Assembly: GCF_006345805.1 (NCBI RefSeq)
Contig: NW_021836390.1
Location: 1 to 25,186, forward strand
Source: Octopus sinensis
Lineage: Eukaryota
Length of the DNA stretch: 25,186 nt
Direction: 5' to 3'
Both the position numbers and the translations under genes were made by a program. A model generated the notes under the pieces. The model did not search any database. It saw only the letters and a program-made list of their open reading frames with translations, and had not been told where the DNA came from. Below, in pieces: positions 8,713 to 18,872 of this stretch. Numbering within the stretch: position 1 is the stretch's first letter; each line of letters opens with the position of its first letter.

Positions 8713-10002
8713 TCCCCATAGTCAATAGAAATGTCTTTCAAAATTCATATTTTGTTTTTCACCCATTAACTTGTGTAGGTTGAACAATGGAAAATGTTAG
8801 AGAAAGAAACCCAGCTGTTTCTTGCAATACATAACCAATACATACATCTAAAGCAGGGGTTCTCAACTATTTCTTATCTATGGACCCCTTTGATTACTCT
8901 TTTATTCTGGTGGACCCCACTAAAACCATTCGATGTAAAATGTTAGAGAAAGAAACCCAGCTGTTTCTTGCAATACATAACCAATACATACATCTAAAGC
9001 AGGGGTACTCAACCAATTCTTATCTATGGACCCCCGTTCGCCATTCGATGTTTAAAAACTAGTTTTCTAGAAACTTCTTTCAAAATTCCTATTTCGTTTA
9101 ACACACATTAAGTTGTGTAGGTTGAACTATGGAAAATGTCAGAGAAAGCAACCCAGATGTTTCTTGCAATACATAACCAATACATACATCTTAAGCAGGG
9201 GTTCTCAACTATTTCTTATCTATGGACCCCTTTGATTACTCTTTTATTCTGGTGGACCACCTAAACCATTCGATGTAAAATGTTAGAGAAAGAAACCCAG
9301 CTGTTTCTTGCAATACATGACCAATACATACATCTAAAGCAGGGGTTCTCAACCATTTCTTATCTATGGACCCCTTTGATTACTCTTTTATTCTGGTGGA
9401 CCCCACTAAAACCATTCGATGTAAAATGTTAGAGAAAGAAACCTAGCTGTTTCTTGCAATACATAACCAATACATACATCTTAAGCAGGGGTTCTCAACT
9501 ATTTCTTATCTATGGACCCCTTTGATTACTATTTTATTCTGGTGGACCCCACTAAAACCATTCAATGTTTAAAAACTAGTTTTATAGAAACTTCTTTCAA
9601 AATTCCTATTTTGTTTTCCACACATTAACTTGTGTAGGTTGAACTATGGAAAATATCAGAGAAAGAAACCCAGCTGTTTCTTGCAATATATACCTATTTC
9701 TTTACTACCTACAAGGGGCTAAACACAGAGAGGACAAACAAGGACAGACAAACGGATTAAGTCGATTATATCGACCCCAGTGCGTAACTGGTACTTATGG
9801 AGGTTGAACTATGGAAAATGTTAGGGAAAGAAACCCAGCTGTTTTTTGCAAAACATAACCAATACATACATCTAAAGCAACATTTTTTCAGGGGCCCTTA
9901 AAACACTATTGTGGATCCCCAATTTACTATTTAGCTGCATGGACTCCCAAAAATTTTACATGCACCCTCAAATGCACTAAGGACCTTGGTTGAGAGCCAT
10001 TG
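8713..10002 (+). mobile_element. hAT-type MITE with tandemly reiterated left end
   Basis: Left TIR CAGGGGTTCTCAAC at 8854, 9000 (1 mismatch), 9196, 9340 and 9486; one degenerate right TIR GTTGAGAGCCATTG ending at 10002; subterminal GGACCCC motifs. Confidence 0.8.
9691..9797 (-). mobile_element. 5'-truncated SINE E fragment inside the MITE array
   Basis: TACCTATTTCTTTACTACC...GTAACTGGTACTTA matches the 3' part of the E unit. Confidence 0.9.
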
Positions 10003-10192
10003 CTCCAGAGGACGTTAGTCAGAATTTATATGGCAAGGCAAGGCAAGGCTCGTAAAGTATACTTAGTCTTTGACAACGGGGATTACGTGAGAAGACAGAG
10101 CGTGGATCCGAAATACACGACTCTCGGCAATGCATGGATTACGGCCGTTGACTTTTGGTATGTCGTCAGTTTCACGCAACTGTACGGATGTG

Positions 10193-10438
10193 TATTCTGT
10201 TGTGTCTGGGGAGAGTAATTTTCTTTTTGTGCCTTATAATGTAACACACTCACCGGTAAAATTTCCATTTATTTATTATTTTTATTTTCCTAAAATTTTC
10301 GTTGTGTGTTGCAACCTTTTCCAATAGTTTTGACACGCAACGAAAATAAAAATAAGAAAAAAGTGGAACTTTTACCGGTGAGTGTGTTAAATAATAAGGC
10401 GCAAAAGGAAAATGACCCTCCCCAGACACAACAGAATA
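10193..10438. mobile_element. Long imperfect inverted repeat, probable Penelope-like inverted terminal fragment
   Basis: Arms 10193-10309 and 10333-10438 (TATTCTGTTGTGTCTGGGGAG / CTCCCCAGACACAACAGAATA; AACACACTCACCGGTAAAA / TTTTACCGGTGAGTGTGTT); hammerhead-like motif at the centre. Confidence 0.7.
10290..10327 (-). ncRNA. Degenerate minimal type-I hammerhead motif, U3:A8-like variant
   Basis: Minus strand: CUA-UUGGAAAA-G-GUUG(CAACACA)CAAC-GAA-AA|UU-U-UAG. Confidence 0.5.
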
Positions 10439-10607
10439 TGCTTCAACACACGAACTCATATAAAGAATCTTGCAAACCGAATCCAAAAACGAAATACGGA
10501 TGTGTATATATTCATATATATAAATACATATGTATATATACACACACACACATATATATATATAAATGGGTATACATACACCCACAAATGTATATTTATA
10601 TATATGC

Positions 10608-10856
10608 TTTACTTTACTTTTACTTGTTTCAGTCATTTGACTGCGGCCATGCTGGAGCACCGCCTTCAGTCGAGCAAATCGACCCCGGGACTTATTCTTT
10701 GTAAGCCCAGTACTTATTCTATCGGTCTCTTTTTTTCCGACCCGCTAAGTGACGGGGACGTAACACATCAGCAGCGGTTGTCAAGCAATGCTAGGGGGAC
10801 AAACACAGACACACAAACACACACACACAACACAATATATATATATATATGTATTA

Positions 10857-10888
<32 letters not shown>

Positions 10889-11056
10889 TAAATACGAGAG
10901 GCTTCTTTCAGTTTCCGTCTACCAATCCACTCACAAGGCTTTGGTCGGCCCGAGGCTATAGTAGAAGACATTTGCCCAAGATGCCACGCAGTGGGACTCA
11001 ACCCGGAACCATGTAGTTCATAAGCAAGCTACTTACCACACAGCCACTCCTGCGCC
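10608..11056 (-). mobile_element. SINE family A, full length
   Basis: Complete head and tail. Confidence 0.95.
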
Positions 11057-11249
11057 TAAATATGGGCGTACGTATAAAAATTAATATAAACAACCATACG
11101 CAATATGTTACCAAAAAGGAAATGTATGAACATATGTATGTACACATGCATATACATCTCTATAAATGTATATGAATATATACATACATATATCAATTTA
11201 TACTTATATGTGTGTGTGTGTGTGTGTGTGTGAGTGAGTGTGTGTATGT

Positions 11250-11957
11250 CGATATTCAGTTTTATTTCAAGATTTCTTGCCAATAGAAAAAGAACCGGTT
11301 TCTAACCTAGATCCAAGGTTCCGCCACTGGAATTTCAATAACATCTTTTATTTTTGTGTCTCTCTGTCTGTATGTATATATGTGTGTTTGTATGTATGTA
11401 TGTATGTATGTTTGTATGTATGTATGTACGGATGTATGTGTGTATGTATGTACGGATGTATGTGTGTATGTATGTATGTATGTGTGTATGTATGGATGTA
11501 TGTACGTATGTATGTATTTATGTATGTATGTACGGATGTATATACGGATGTATGTATGTATGTATGTACGGATGTATGTATGTATGTACGGATGTATGTA
11601 CGGATGTATGTACGGATGTATATACGATGTATGTATGTATGTATGTATGTATGTATGTATGTATGTATGTATGTATGTATGTATATGTGCAGATTTGTAT
11701 GTTTCGTTTTATGTATGTATTCTCATGCATATAGCTACATGTCTAGACATGCTCATATATATTTAAATGTTAAACTTCTGGAAAATTTTACAGATTTTTA
11801 CAGTCCCGGTGATGGATTGGATCTGCATTCTTCAAATCAGTTTTCTCCCTTCTTGTTTTGAGAAGTCTAATTTCTCAAGATTGGTGCTTAGGCTCTGTAT
11901 TATATATCCAAGTGCACCAATAATTACAGGTATAAACCTGAACTTGTAATCTGGATT
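11250..11957 (-). mobile_element. 5'-truncated R4/Dong-like LINE 3' end (RLE C-terminus plus 3' UTR)
   Basis: 11957-11763 reads NPDYKFRFIPVIIGALGYIIQSLSTNLEKLDFSKQEGRKLI*RMQIQSITGTVKICKIFQKFNI*; PVIIGALG is typical of this clade. Putative UTR has AATAAA near 11260 and contains a microsatellite. UTR extent is inferred. Confidence 0.8.
11368..11690. repeat. (TATG)n microsatellite with TACGGATG variants
   Basis: Read directly from sequence. Confidence 0.97.
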
Positions 11958-12045
11958 GTGTAATGAAATGCAGAATCGTTTGCACGTCGAGCGAAATGCT
12001 TAACTGCATGTTTAGCCTTCTCTTGTATCATTCTATCACAAGACA

Positions 12046-12258
12046 CTCTTTTACTTGTTTCAGTCATTTGACTGCGGCCATGCTGGAGCACCGCCTTTTT
12101 AGTCGAGCAAATCGACCCCGGGACTTATTCTTTGTAAGCCCAGTACTTATTCTATCGGGCTCTTTTGCCGAACCGCTAAGTGACGGGGACGTAAACACAC
12201 CAGCATCGGTTGTCAAGCAATGCTAGGAGGACAAACACAGACACACAAACACACACAC

Positions 12259-12305
<47 letters not shown>

Positions 12306-12466
12306 CGACAGGCTTCTTTCAGTTTCCGTCTACCAAATCCACTCACAAGGCATTGGTCGGTCCGGGGCTATAGCATAAAACACTTGCCCAAGATGCCACG
12401 CAGTAGGACTGAACCCGGAACCATGTGGTTTGTAAGCAAGCTACTTACCACACACCCACTCCTGCG
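12046..12466 (-). mobile_element. SINE family A, full length
   Basis: Complete head and tail. Confidence 0.95.
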
Positions 12467-12469
12467 ACT

Positions 12470-12686
12470 GAAATGGTTTGTTCTTTCATAATCCAAAATG
12501 GAAAACATAACCACAAAATAACTTATAAACAGGACAAGGAGAGACTGTGAAGTAGGACTTCTCTTCCGGAATTCCCAGATCCAGAAATTCCGCATTATTT
12601 GCAAATTCCAGAAATTACATTTTATTCCTCGGTAATTTCCGACTGTGTTGTTTCAAAAATAATTGAAGCCAGAAAAAATGGTAAAC
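12470..12686 (+). repeat. Paralog of 8536-8709, probable LINE remnant
   Basis: Same shared blocks; start (CTTTCATAATCCAAAAT...CATAA) also resembles 17283-17310. Confidence 0.55.
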
Positions 12687-12696
12687 GGTACTTCTC

Positions 12697-13365
12697 GCGG
12701 CGAGCTGGCAGAAACGTTAGCACGCCGGGCGAAATACTTAGCGGTATTTCGCCTGCCGTTACGTTCTGAGTTCGAATTCCGCCGAGATCGACTTTGCCTT
12801 TCATCCTTTCGGGGTCGATAAATTAAGCACCAGTTACGCACTGGGGTCGATGTAATCGACTTAATACCTATGTCTGTCCTTGTTTGTCCTCTCTGTGTTT
12901 AGCCCCTTGTGGGTAGTAAAGAAATAGTTATTTCGTCTGCCGTTACGTTCTGAGTTCGAATTCCGCCGAGGTCGACTTTGCCTTTCATCCTTTCGGAGTC
13001 GATAAATTAAGTACCAGTAACACACTGGGATCGATGTAATCGACTTAATCCGTTTGTCTATCCTTGTTTGTCCCCTCTGTGTGTAGCCCCTTGTGTGTAG
13101 TAAAGAAATGGGTACTTCTCGCTCTTTACGTTCTGAGTTCAAATTCCGCTGAAGTCGCCTTTGCCTTTCATCCTTTTAGAGTTGATTAAATAAGTACCAG
13201 TTACGCACTGGGGTCGATATAATCGACTTCATCCATTTGTCTGTCCTTGTTTGTACCCTCTGTGTGTAGCCCCTTGTGGTCAGTAAAGAAATTATAAATT
13301 AATACCAGTTAATTACTGGGGTCGATGTAAACAATTTACCTCCTCCTCTGAAATTGTGCCAAAAC
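12697..13365 (+). mobile_element. SINE family E, head plus three bodies and a degenerate end
   Basis: Head GCGGCGAGCTGGCAGAAACGTTAGCACGCCGGGCGAAA; body starts near 12745, 12930 and 13113. Confidence 0.9.
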
Positions 13366-13611
13366 CAGGAGGTAATATAAGCGTCGTCCTCAAGCGGTCA
13401 ACCAGCCGAATCGTTACCACGCCGGCCAAAATGTTTTTAACGCCTTGTCTACAATGACAATATCTGGTCGTTTTGCTTAAACCAAGTGAGTCTGTACTTT
13501 GAACAGGTCGTTCTTAGTCACCCCCTCTGCTAAGTGTTGGTACCATTTCCTTCTGACTTCAAACCCTTTTGTCGTAATAAATCCCAATACAACAGTCTGG
13601 CTACACAGTCT

Positions 13612-14226
13612 GGTGCAGGAGGGGCTGTGTGGTAAGTAGCTTGTTTACCAACCACATGGTTCCGGTTTCAGTCCCACTGCGTGGCACCTTGGGCAAGTGT
13701 CTTCTACTATAGCCTCGGGCCGACCAAAGCCTTGTGAGTGGATTTGGTAGACGGAAACTGAAAGAAGCCCATCATATATATATTTATATATAGGCATAGG
13801 AGTGGCTGTGTGGTAAGTAGCTTGTTTACCAACCACATGGTTCCGGGTTCAGTCCCACTGCGTGGCACCTTGGGCAAGTGTCTTCTGCTATAGCCTCGGG
13901 CCGACCAAAGCCTTGTAAGTGGATTTGGTAGACGGAAACTGAAAGAAGCCCGTCGTATGTATGTATGTATGTATGTATGTATGTATATATATATATATGA
14001 TATATAATATAATAATATTACGTGTGTGTGTTTGTGTTTGTTCCCCTAGCATTGCTTGACAACCGATGCTGGTGTATTTATGTCCCCGTTACTTAGCGGT
14101 TCGGCAAAAGAGACCGATAGAATAAGTACTGGGCTTACAAAAGAATAAGTCCCGGGGTCGAGTTGCTCGATTAAAGGCGGTGCTCCAGCAAATAGAATGA
14201 CTGAAACAAATAAAAGAGTAAAAGAG
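13612..14226 (+). mobile_element. SINE family A: 5' module (13612-13790) followed by a full copy (13793-14226)
   Basis: Two heads in tandem, one 3' module, then (GA)n. Confidence 0.93.
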
Positions 14227-14620
14227 AGAGAGAGAGAGAGAGAGAGTTCTGTTTGCCCCTATATTCTTTCTGTGCCAAAGAATTACGAGTGCTTATAACA
14301 TTCCCAACGGATGCTTCCTTTTTCGTTACACATTCTGTACTTCGAACTTTCCACGGATCTGTCTATTCTTGTCTTACTTACATTCTTTACTGATAATTGG
14401 CTTCGAAGAGCCCAAAACAAAAACCTCCCAGTTCCTTCTTGAACTTTCCATTCTTCAGCATAAAGCAAGATTTGTCTGCTATTACGCTGTTGTCTCTATG
14501 GTAACTTATTTTATTAGCAAAAAACTTGGTTTATTCTTTAAAAAAATTCACAATTAAGGAAGTTATAGTTTTCCTAAAAAAATTTTATTCTTTGATCACC
14601 CCAGCCCAAATTATTTATAT

Positions 14621-14624
<4 letters not shown>

Positions 14625-14680
<56 letters not shown>

Positions 14681-15044
14681 CATACACACACCACACACAC
14701 ACATATATATACATATATACATACACACATATATATACGTATATATACATACACATATATATACATATATACATACATATATATATATATATACATACAC
14801 ACATATATATATACATACACATATATATATATACATATATACATACACATATATACATACATATATATACATACACATATATACGTACACATATATACAT
14901 ACACATATATACATACACATATATACACACACATATATACACACACACACATATATATATACATACACACACACATATATACACACACACACATATATAT
15001 ATACATACACACACACATATATACACATATATATATATGTATAT

Positions 15045-15102
<58 letters not shown>
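14625..15102. repeat. Compound (TA)/(CA)/(GATA)n microsatellite
   Basis: Read directly from sequence. Confidence 0.97.
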
Positions 15103-15106
<4 letters not shown>

Positions 15107-15395
15107 AAAGCTCAATATCCTGCGTTTGTCTAAGATGCTGGCCGTATAGTTCTTTACCCCAGATGTTTCTCTCCTGCCATAGTTTTCTTCTTTCCTAGTA
15201 TTCCATTGCCGTCTCCCCAGTTTCATCCATCTCTTCATCAGTCTTTCTATACGATTCCTCCCATACTCTTCTACATCATGCTTTACCATCTCCATCCAGT
15301 CTTCTATCGATATAAGTTTTTGCTCCAATCTTCGTTCCGTCTTTGAAATGTAACGATCTATACACGGTCATTGGATTTCTGGTTTTTATAGTCTA

Positions 15396-15796
15396 CTAGC
15401 AGTATCGCCCGGCGTTGCTTGGGTTTGTAAGGGAAATAACTATATAACCATTTTTAGAGAGTTACTTCCCTTATATAATAGCAAAAAAATGCATTAAAAA
15501 TGGGAAAAAATGATGGTAAATTTTTTTTTTAAATCGTAGACTCATCATCTACATTTTTAGAGAGTTACTTCCCTTATATAATAGCGAAAAAATGCATTAG
15601 AATGGAAAAAAATGATGGTAAATTATTTTTTAAATCGTAGACTCATCGTAGACGCGCGCTAATACCCAGAAGGGCTCGATATGAATGACGACTATAAGAT
15701 ACCCGCTTTTGGTTAAACTGCACCGCAAAATGTGGGAGTAGTTAGGAATCTAAATCGTTGGAGACAGACACACAACTTCACTTTTATATATAAAGA
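15396..15796 (-). mobile_element. Complete non-autonomous Helitron, 401 bp
   Basis: Minus strand A|TC...CCCAAGCAACGCCGGG hairpin...CTAG|T with no TSD. Removing it rejoins the LINE coding sequence. Internal duplication of about 100 bp (15449-15546 / 15552-15646). Confidence 0.9.
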
Positions 15797-16378
15797 TATC
15801 TCTTAGTTCTTCTATAGTCCGGTCCAATAAAACAGCAGGTAATCGAATTAGAGACACCGCTCCATGTGTGTACTGCAGAGAGGCTTATCTCCCCTTTCAG
15901 TTTTGAGCTTAGCGTCTCATATTTTCTTGATGCGCTCATTTCTATTGTTTCCATTTGCTGACGGGAGAAGTCTATCTTTCTCCAAATACAGCAAAGAACC
16001 TGTAACTTTCGCCTTCGTTATATTATTTTGATTATCGTCTCATCTGGAAGTTTAACCCATTCACTCGTTAGTGTTATCTTTACAGATTTCTTGTAGAAAT
16101 CATAACCAGCATTGATTTCGTTACGACGTTTCGTACCCAAGACCCCAAATGTAAACAACAACGAGATCGAAGATGAGAAAAGGTTAATGGGGGTGTATGC
16201 CATACTTCAGGAAATTTTGCTCCTTCATCATCACCCACCCAACCCATTAATCAGCCACAAACTCATTGCTGAAATAGTTACTATATATAGCAGTGTAATG
16301 TTAGTGGATATACCAATTTTACATATTAAACAAATTCCTGGAAGCTGGTACGCAAATGTTAATGACGTGTAGGGCCTA

Positions 16379-16790
16379 CTCTACTCTTTTACTCTTTTAC
16401 TTGTTTCAGTCATTTGACTGCGGCCATGCTGGAGCACCGCCTTTAATCGAGCAACTCGACCCCGGGACTTATTCTTTGAAAGCTCAGTACTTATTCTATC
16501 GTTCTCTTTTGCCGAACCGCTAAGTAACGGGGACATAAACACACCAGCATCGGTTGTCAAGCGATGCTAGGGGGACAAGCACAGACACACAAACACACAC
16601 GCACATATATATATATATATACATATATACGACGGGCTTCTTTTCAGTTTCCGTCAACCAAATCCACTCACAAGGCTTTGGTCGGCCCGAGGCTATAGTA
16701 GAAGACACATGCCCAAGGTGCCACGCAGTGGGACTGAACCCGGAACCATGTGGTAGGTAAGCAAGCTACTTACCACACAGCCACTCCCAT
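16379..16790 (-). mobile_element. SINE family A, full length
   Basis: Complete head and tail. Confidence 0.95.
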
Positions 16791-17368
16791 ATAATTTCTT
16801 TAAAAAATCTGTAGACGTAACTTTAATAAGTGATGTAATAGCACTGCTAACACAGTAGAACCTCCTTATTGACTTATAAAAATGTTTAATATACCTTGTA
16901 GTATGTCATGGTTGCACAACGGAACTCGGGGTCCCTACAAGTTGTTAATATCTACGTAAGAGCTTCCAGAAATGCATCTCGTATCTACAAATCCGAGAAA
17001 AAAAAATCACTGTATTTAATAACATTTTCAGCTGGTATTGTGATGGAATTTGGTCAAAGGAAATATTTGTATTTATATTTGAACGTGGAAAAAAACCAAC
17101 ACTGTATACGGAAAGCGTTGCCATTGATACTTCTACGTCTATCTCTGGTGTGTTTCCTAGGACGAAAACCACAAACATAACTAGGTGTTGACGGAAATAC
17201 ACCATACAAAGATGGCTGTGTATTAAAATAGATTGGCGATAAATATAATAGCAAACACTTATAATATGGTAAACGGAGTTTCCTTTCACAACCAGAAAAT
17301 ATTCCATAATGCTTCCAGGAATGTATTTGATACGTAAAATTTGATATATCCAATAACGGGTTGAATGG
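16791..17368 (+). pseudogene. R4/Dong-like LINE RT remnant, rearranged
   Basis: TFSAGIVMEFGQRK, FERGK, LGVDGN and HNQKIFHNA motifs; paralogous to 4973-5298; 5' part paralogous to 20293-20490. Confidence 0.7.
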
Positions 17369-17370
17369 TA

Positions 17371-18720
17371 TACCTATTTCTTTATTACCCACAAGGGGCT
17401 AAACATAGAGGGGACAAACAAGGACAGACATAGGTATTAAGTCGATTACATCGACCCCCAGTGCGTAACTGGTACTTAATTTATCGACCCCGAAAGGATG
17501 AAAGGTAAAGTCGACCTCGGTGGAATTTGAACTCACAACGTAACGGCAGACGAAATACCTATTTCTTTATTACCCACAAGGGGCTAAACATAGAGGGGAC
17601 AAACAAGGACAGACATAGGTATTAAGTCGATTACATCGACCCCCAGTGCGTAACTGGTACTTAATTTATCGACCCCGAAAGGATGAAAGGTAAAGTCGAC
17701 CTCGGTGGAATTTGAACTCACAACGTAACGGCAGACGAAATACCTATTTCTTTATTACCCACAAGGGGCTAAACATAGAGGGGACAAACAAGGACAGACA
17801 TAGGTATTAAGTCGATTACATCGACCCCAGTGTGTAACTGGTACTTAATTTATCGACCCCGAAAGGATGAAAGGTAAAGTCGACCTCGGTGGAATTTGAA
17901 CTCAGAACGTAACGGCAGACGAAATACCTATTTCTTTATTACCCACAAGGGGCTAAACATAGAGAGGACAAACAAGGACAGACATAGGTATTAAGTCGAT
18001 TACGATTACATCGACCCCCAGTGCGTAACTGGTACTTAATTTATCGACCCCGAAAGGATGAAAGGTAAAGTCGACCTCGGTGGAATTTGAACTCACAACG
18101 TAACAGCAGACGAAATACCTATTTCTTTATTACCCACAAGGGGCTAAACATAGAGAGGACAAACAAGGACAGACATAGGTATTAAGTCGATTACATCGAC
18201 CCCCAGTGCGTAACTGGTACTTAATTTATCGACCCTGAAAGGATGAAAGGTAAAGTCGACCTCGGTGGAATTTGAACTCACAACGTAACAGCAGACGAAA
18301 TACCTATTTCTTTATTACCCACAAGGGGCTAAACATAGAGGGGACAAACAAGGACAGACATAGGTATTAAGTCGATTACATCGACCCCAGTGCGTAACTG
18401 GTACTTAATTTATCGACCCTGAAAGGATGAAAGGTAAAGTCGACCTCGGTGGAATTTGAACTCACAACGTAACAGCAGACGAAATACCTATTTCTTTATT
18501 ACCCACAAGGGGCTAAACATAGAGGGGACAAACAAGGACAGACATAGGTATTAAGTCGATTACATCGACCCCAGTGCGTAACTGGTACTTAATTTATCGA
18601 CCCTGAAAGGATGAAAGGTAAAGTCGACCTCGGTGGAATTTGAACTCACAACGTAACGGCAGACGAAATACCGCTAAGCATTTCGCCCGGCGTGCTAACG
18701 TTTCTGCCAGCTCGCCGCCT
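17371..18720 (-). mobile_element. SINE family E array: one head plus 7 tandem bodies of 184-191 bp
   Basis: Unit boundaries at 17371, 17556, 17741, 17925, 18116, 18301, 18485 and 18669; head 18669-18720. TATACCTA at both ends (17369, 18721) is a possible TSD. Confidence 0.95.
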
Positions 18721-18721
18721 T

Positions 18722-18871
18722 ATACCTAATAATGGTTGGATGGGGGCTGGTGAAGGAGGAAAAACTTATGAAATATAGCATATAGGACCGTTACTCATTT
18801 ATCCTCTTCGATCTCATTGTTTGGTTCCATCTGGAATCTCGGATACGCAACGTCGTAACAAAATCAGTGCA
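18722..18871 (+). pseudogene. LINE RT remnant, inverted paralog of 16108-16250
   Basis: Shared TCTTCGATCTC and AACGTCGTAAC blocks; AYRTVTHLS resembles the RT motif NYRPITCL. Confidence 0.55.
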
Positions 18872-18872
18872 T

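Larger units (their letters stand above)
13443..16378 (-). pseudogene. Degenerate R4/Dong-like LINE ORF (RT, thumb, Zn-knuckle, RLE), split by a Helitron, a microsatellite and two SINE A copies
   Basis: Ordered frameshifted motifs on the minus strand: WLING/YTPINL (16260-16180), VKLPDETIIK..EGESYRF, SKLKG..AVHTW..SLIR..LDRTIEELRDI|D across the Helitron, [78 protein letters not shown] (13470-13445). Confidence 0.88.

Noticed and set aside
16300-16960. Ig-domain-like peptides (LEAGTQMLMTCRA, FYCVSSA) or a piggyBac-like GTxRxN motif
   Set aside because: Spacing is wrong, stops are shared between copies, and the region is better explained as LINE RT remnant.
17371-18720. CRISPR array or hammerhead retrozyme
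   Set aside because: Units are wholly repeated with no unique spacers. GAAATACCTATTTC looks like a stem III, but I find no CUGANGA core on either strand.
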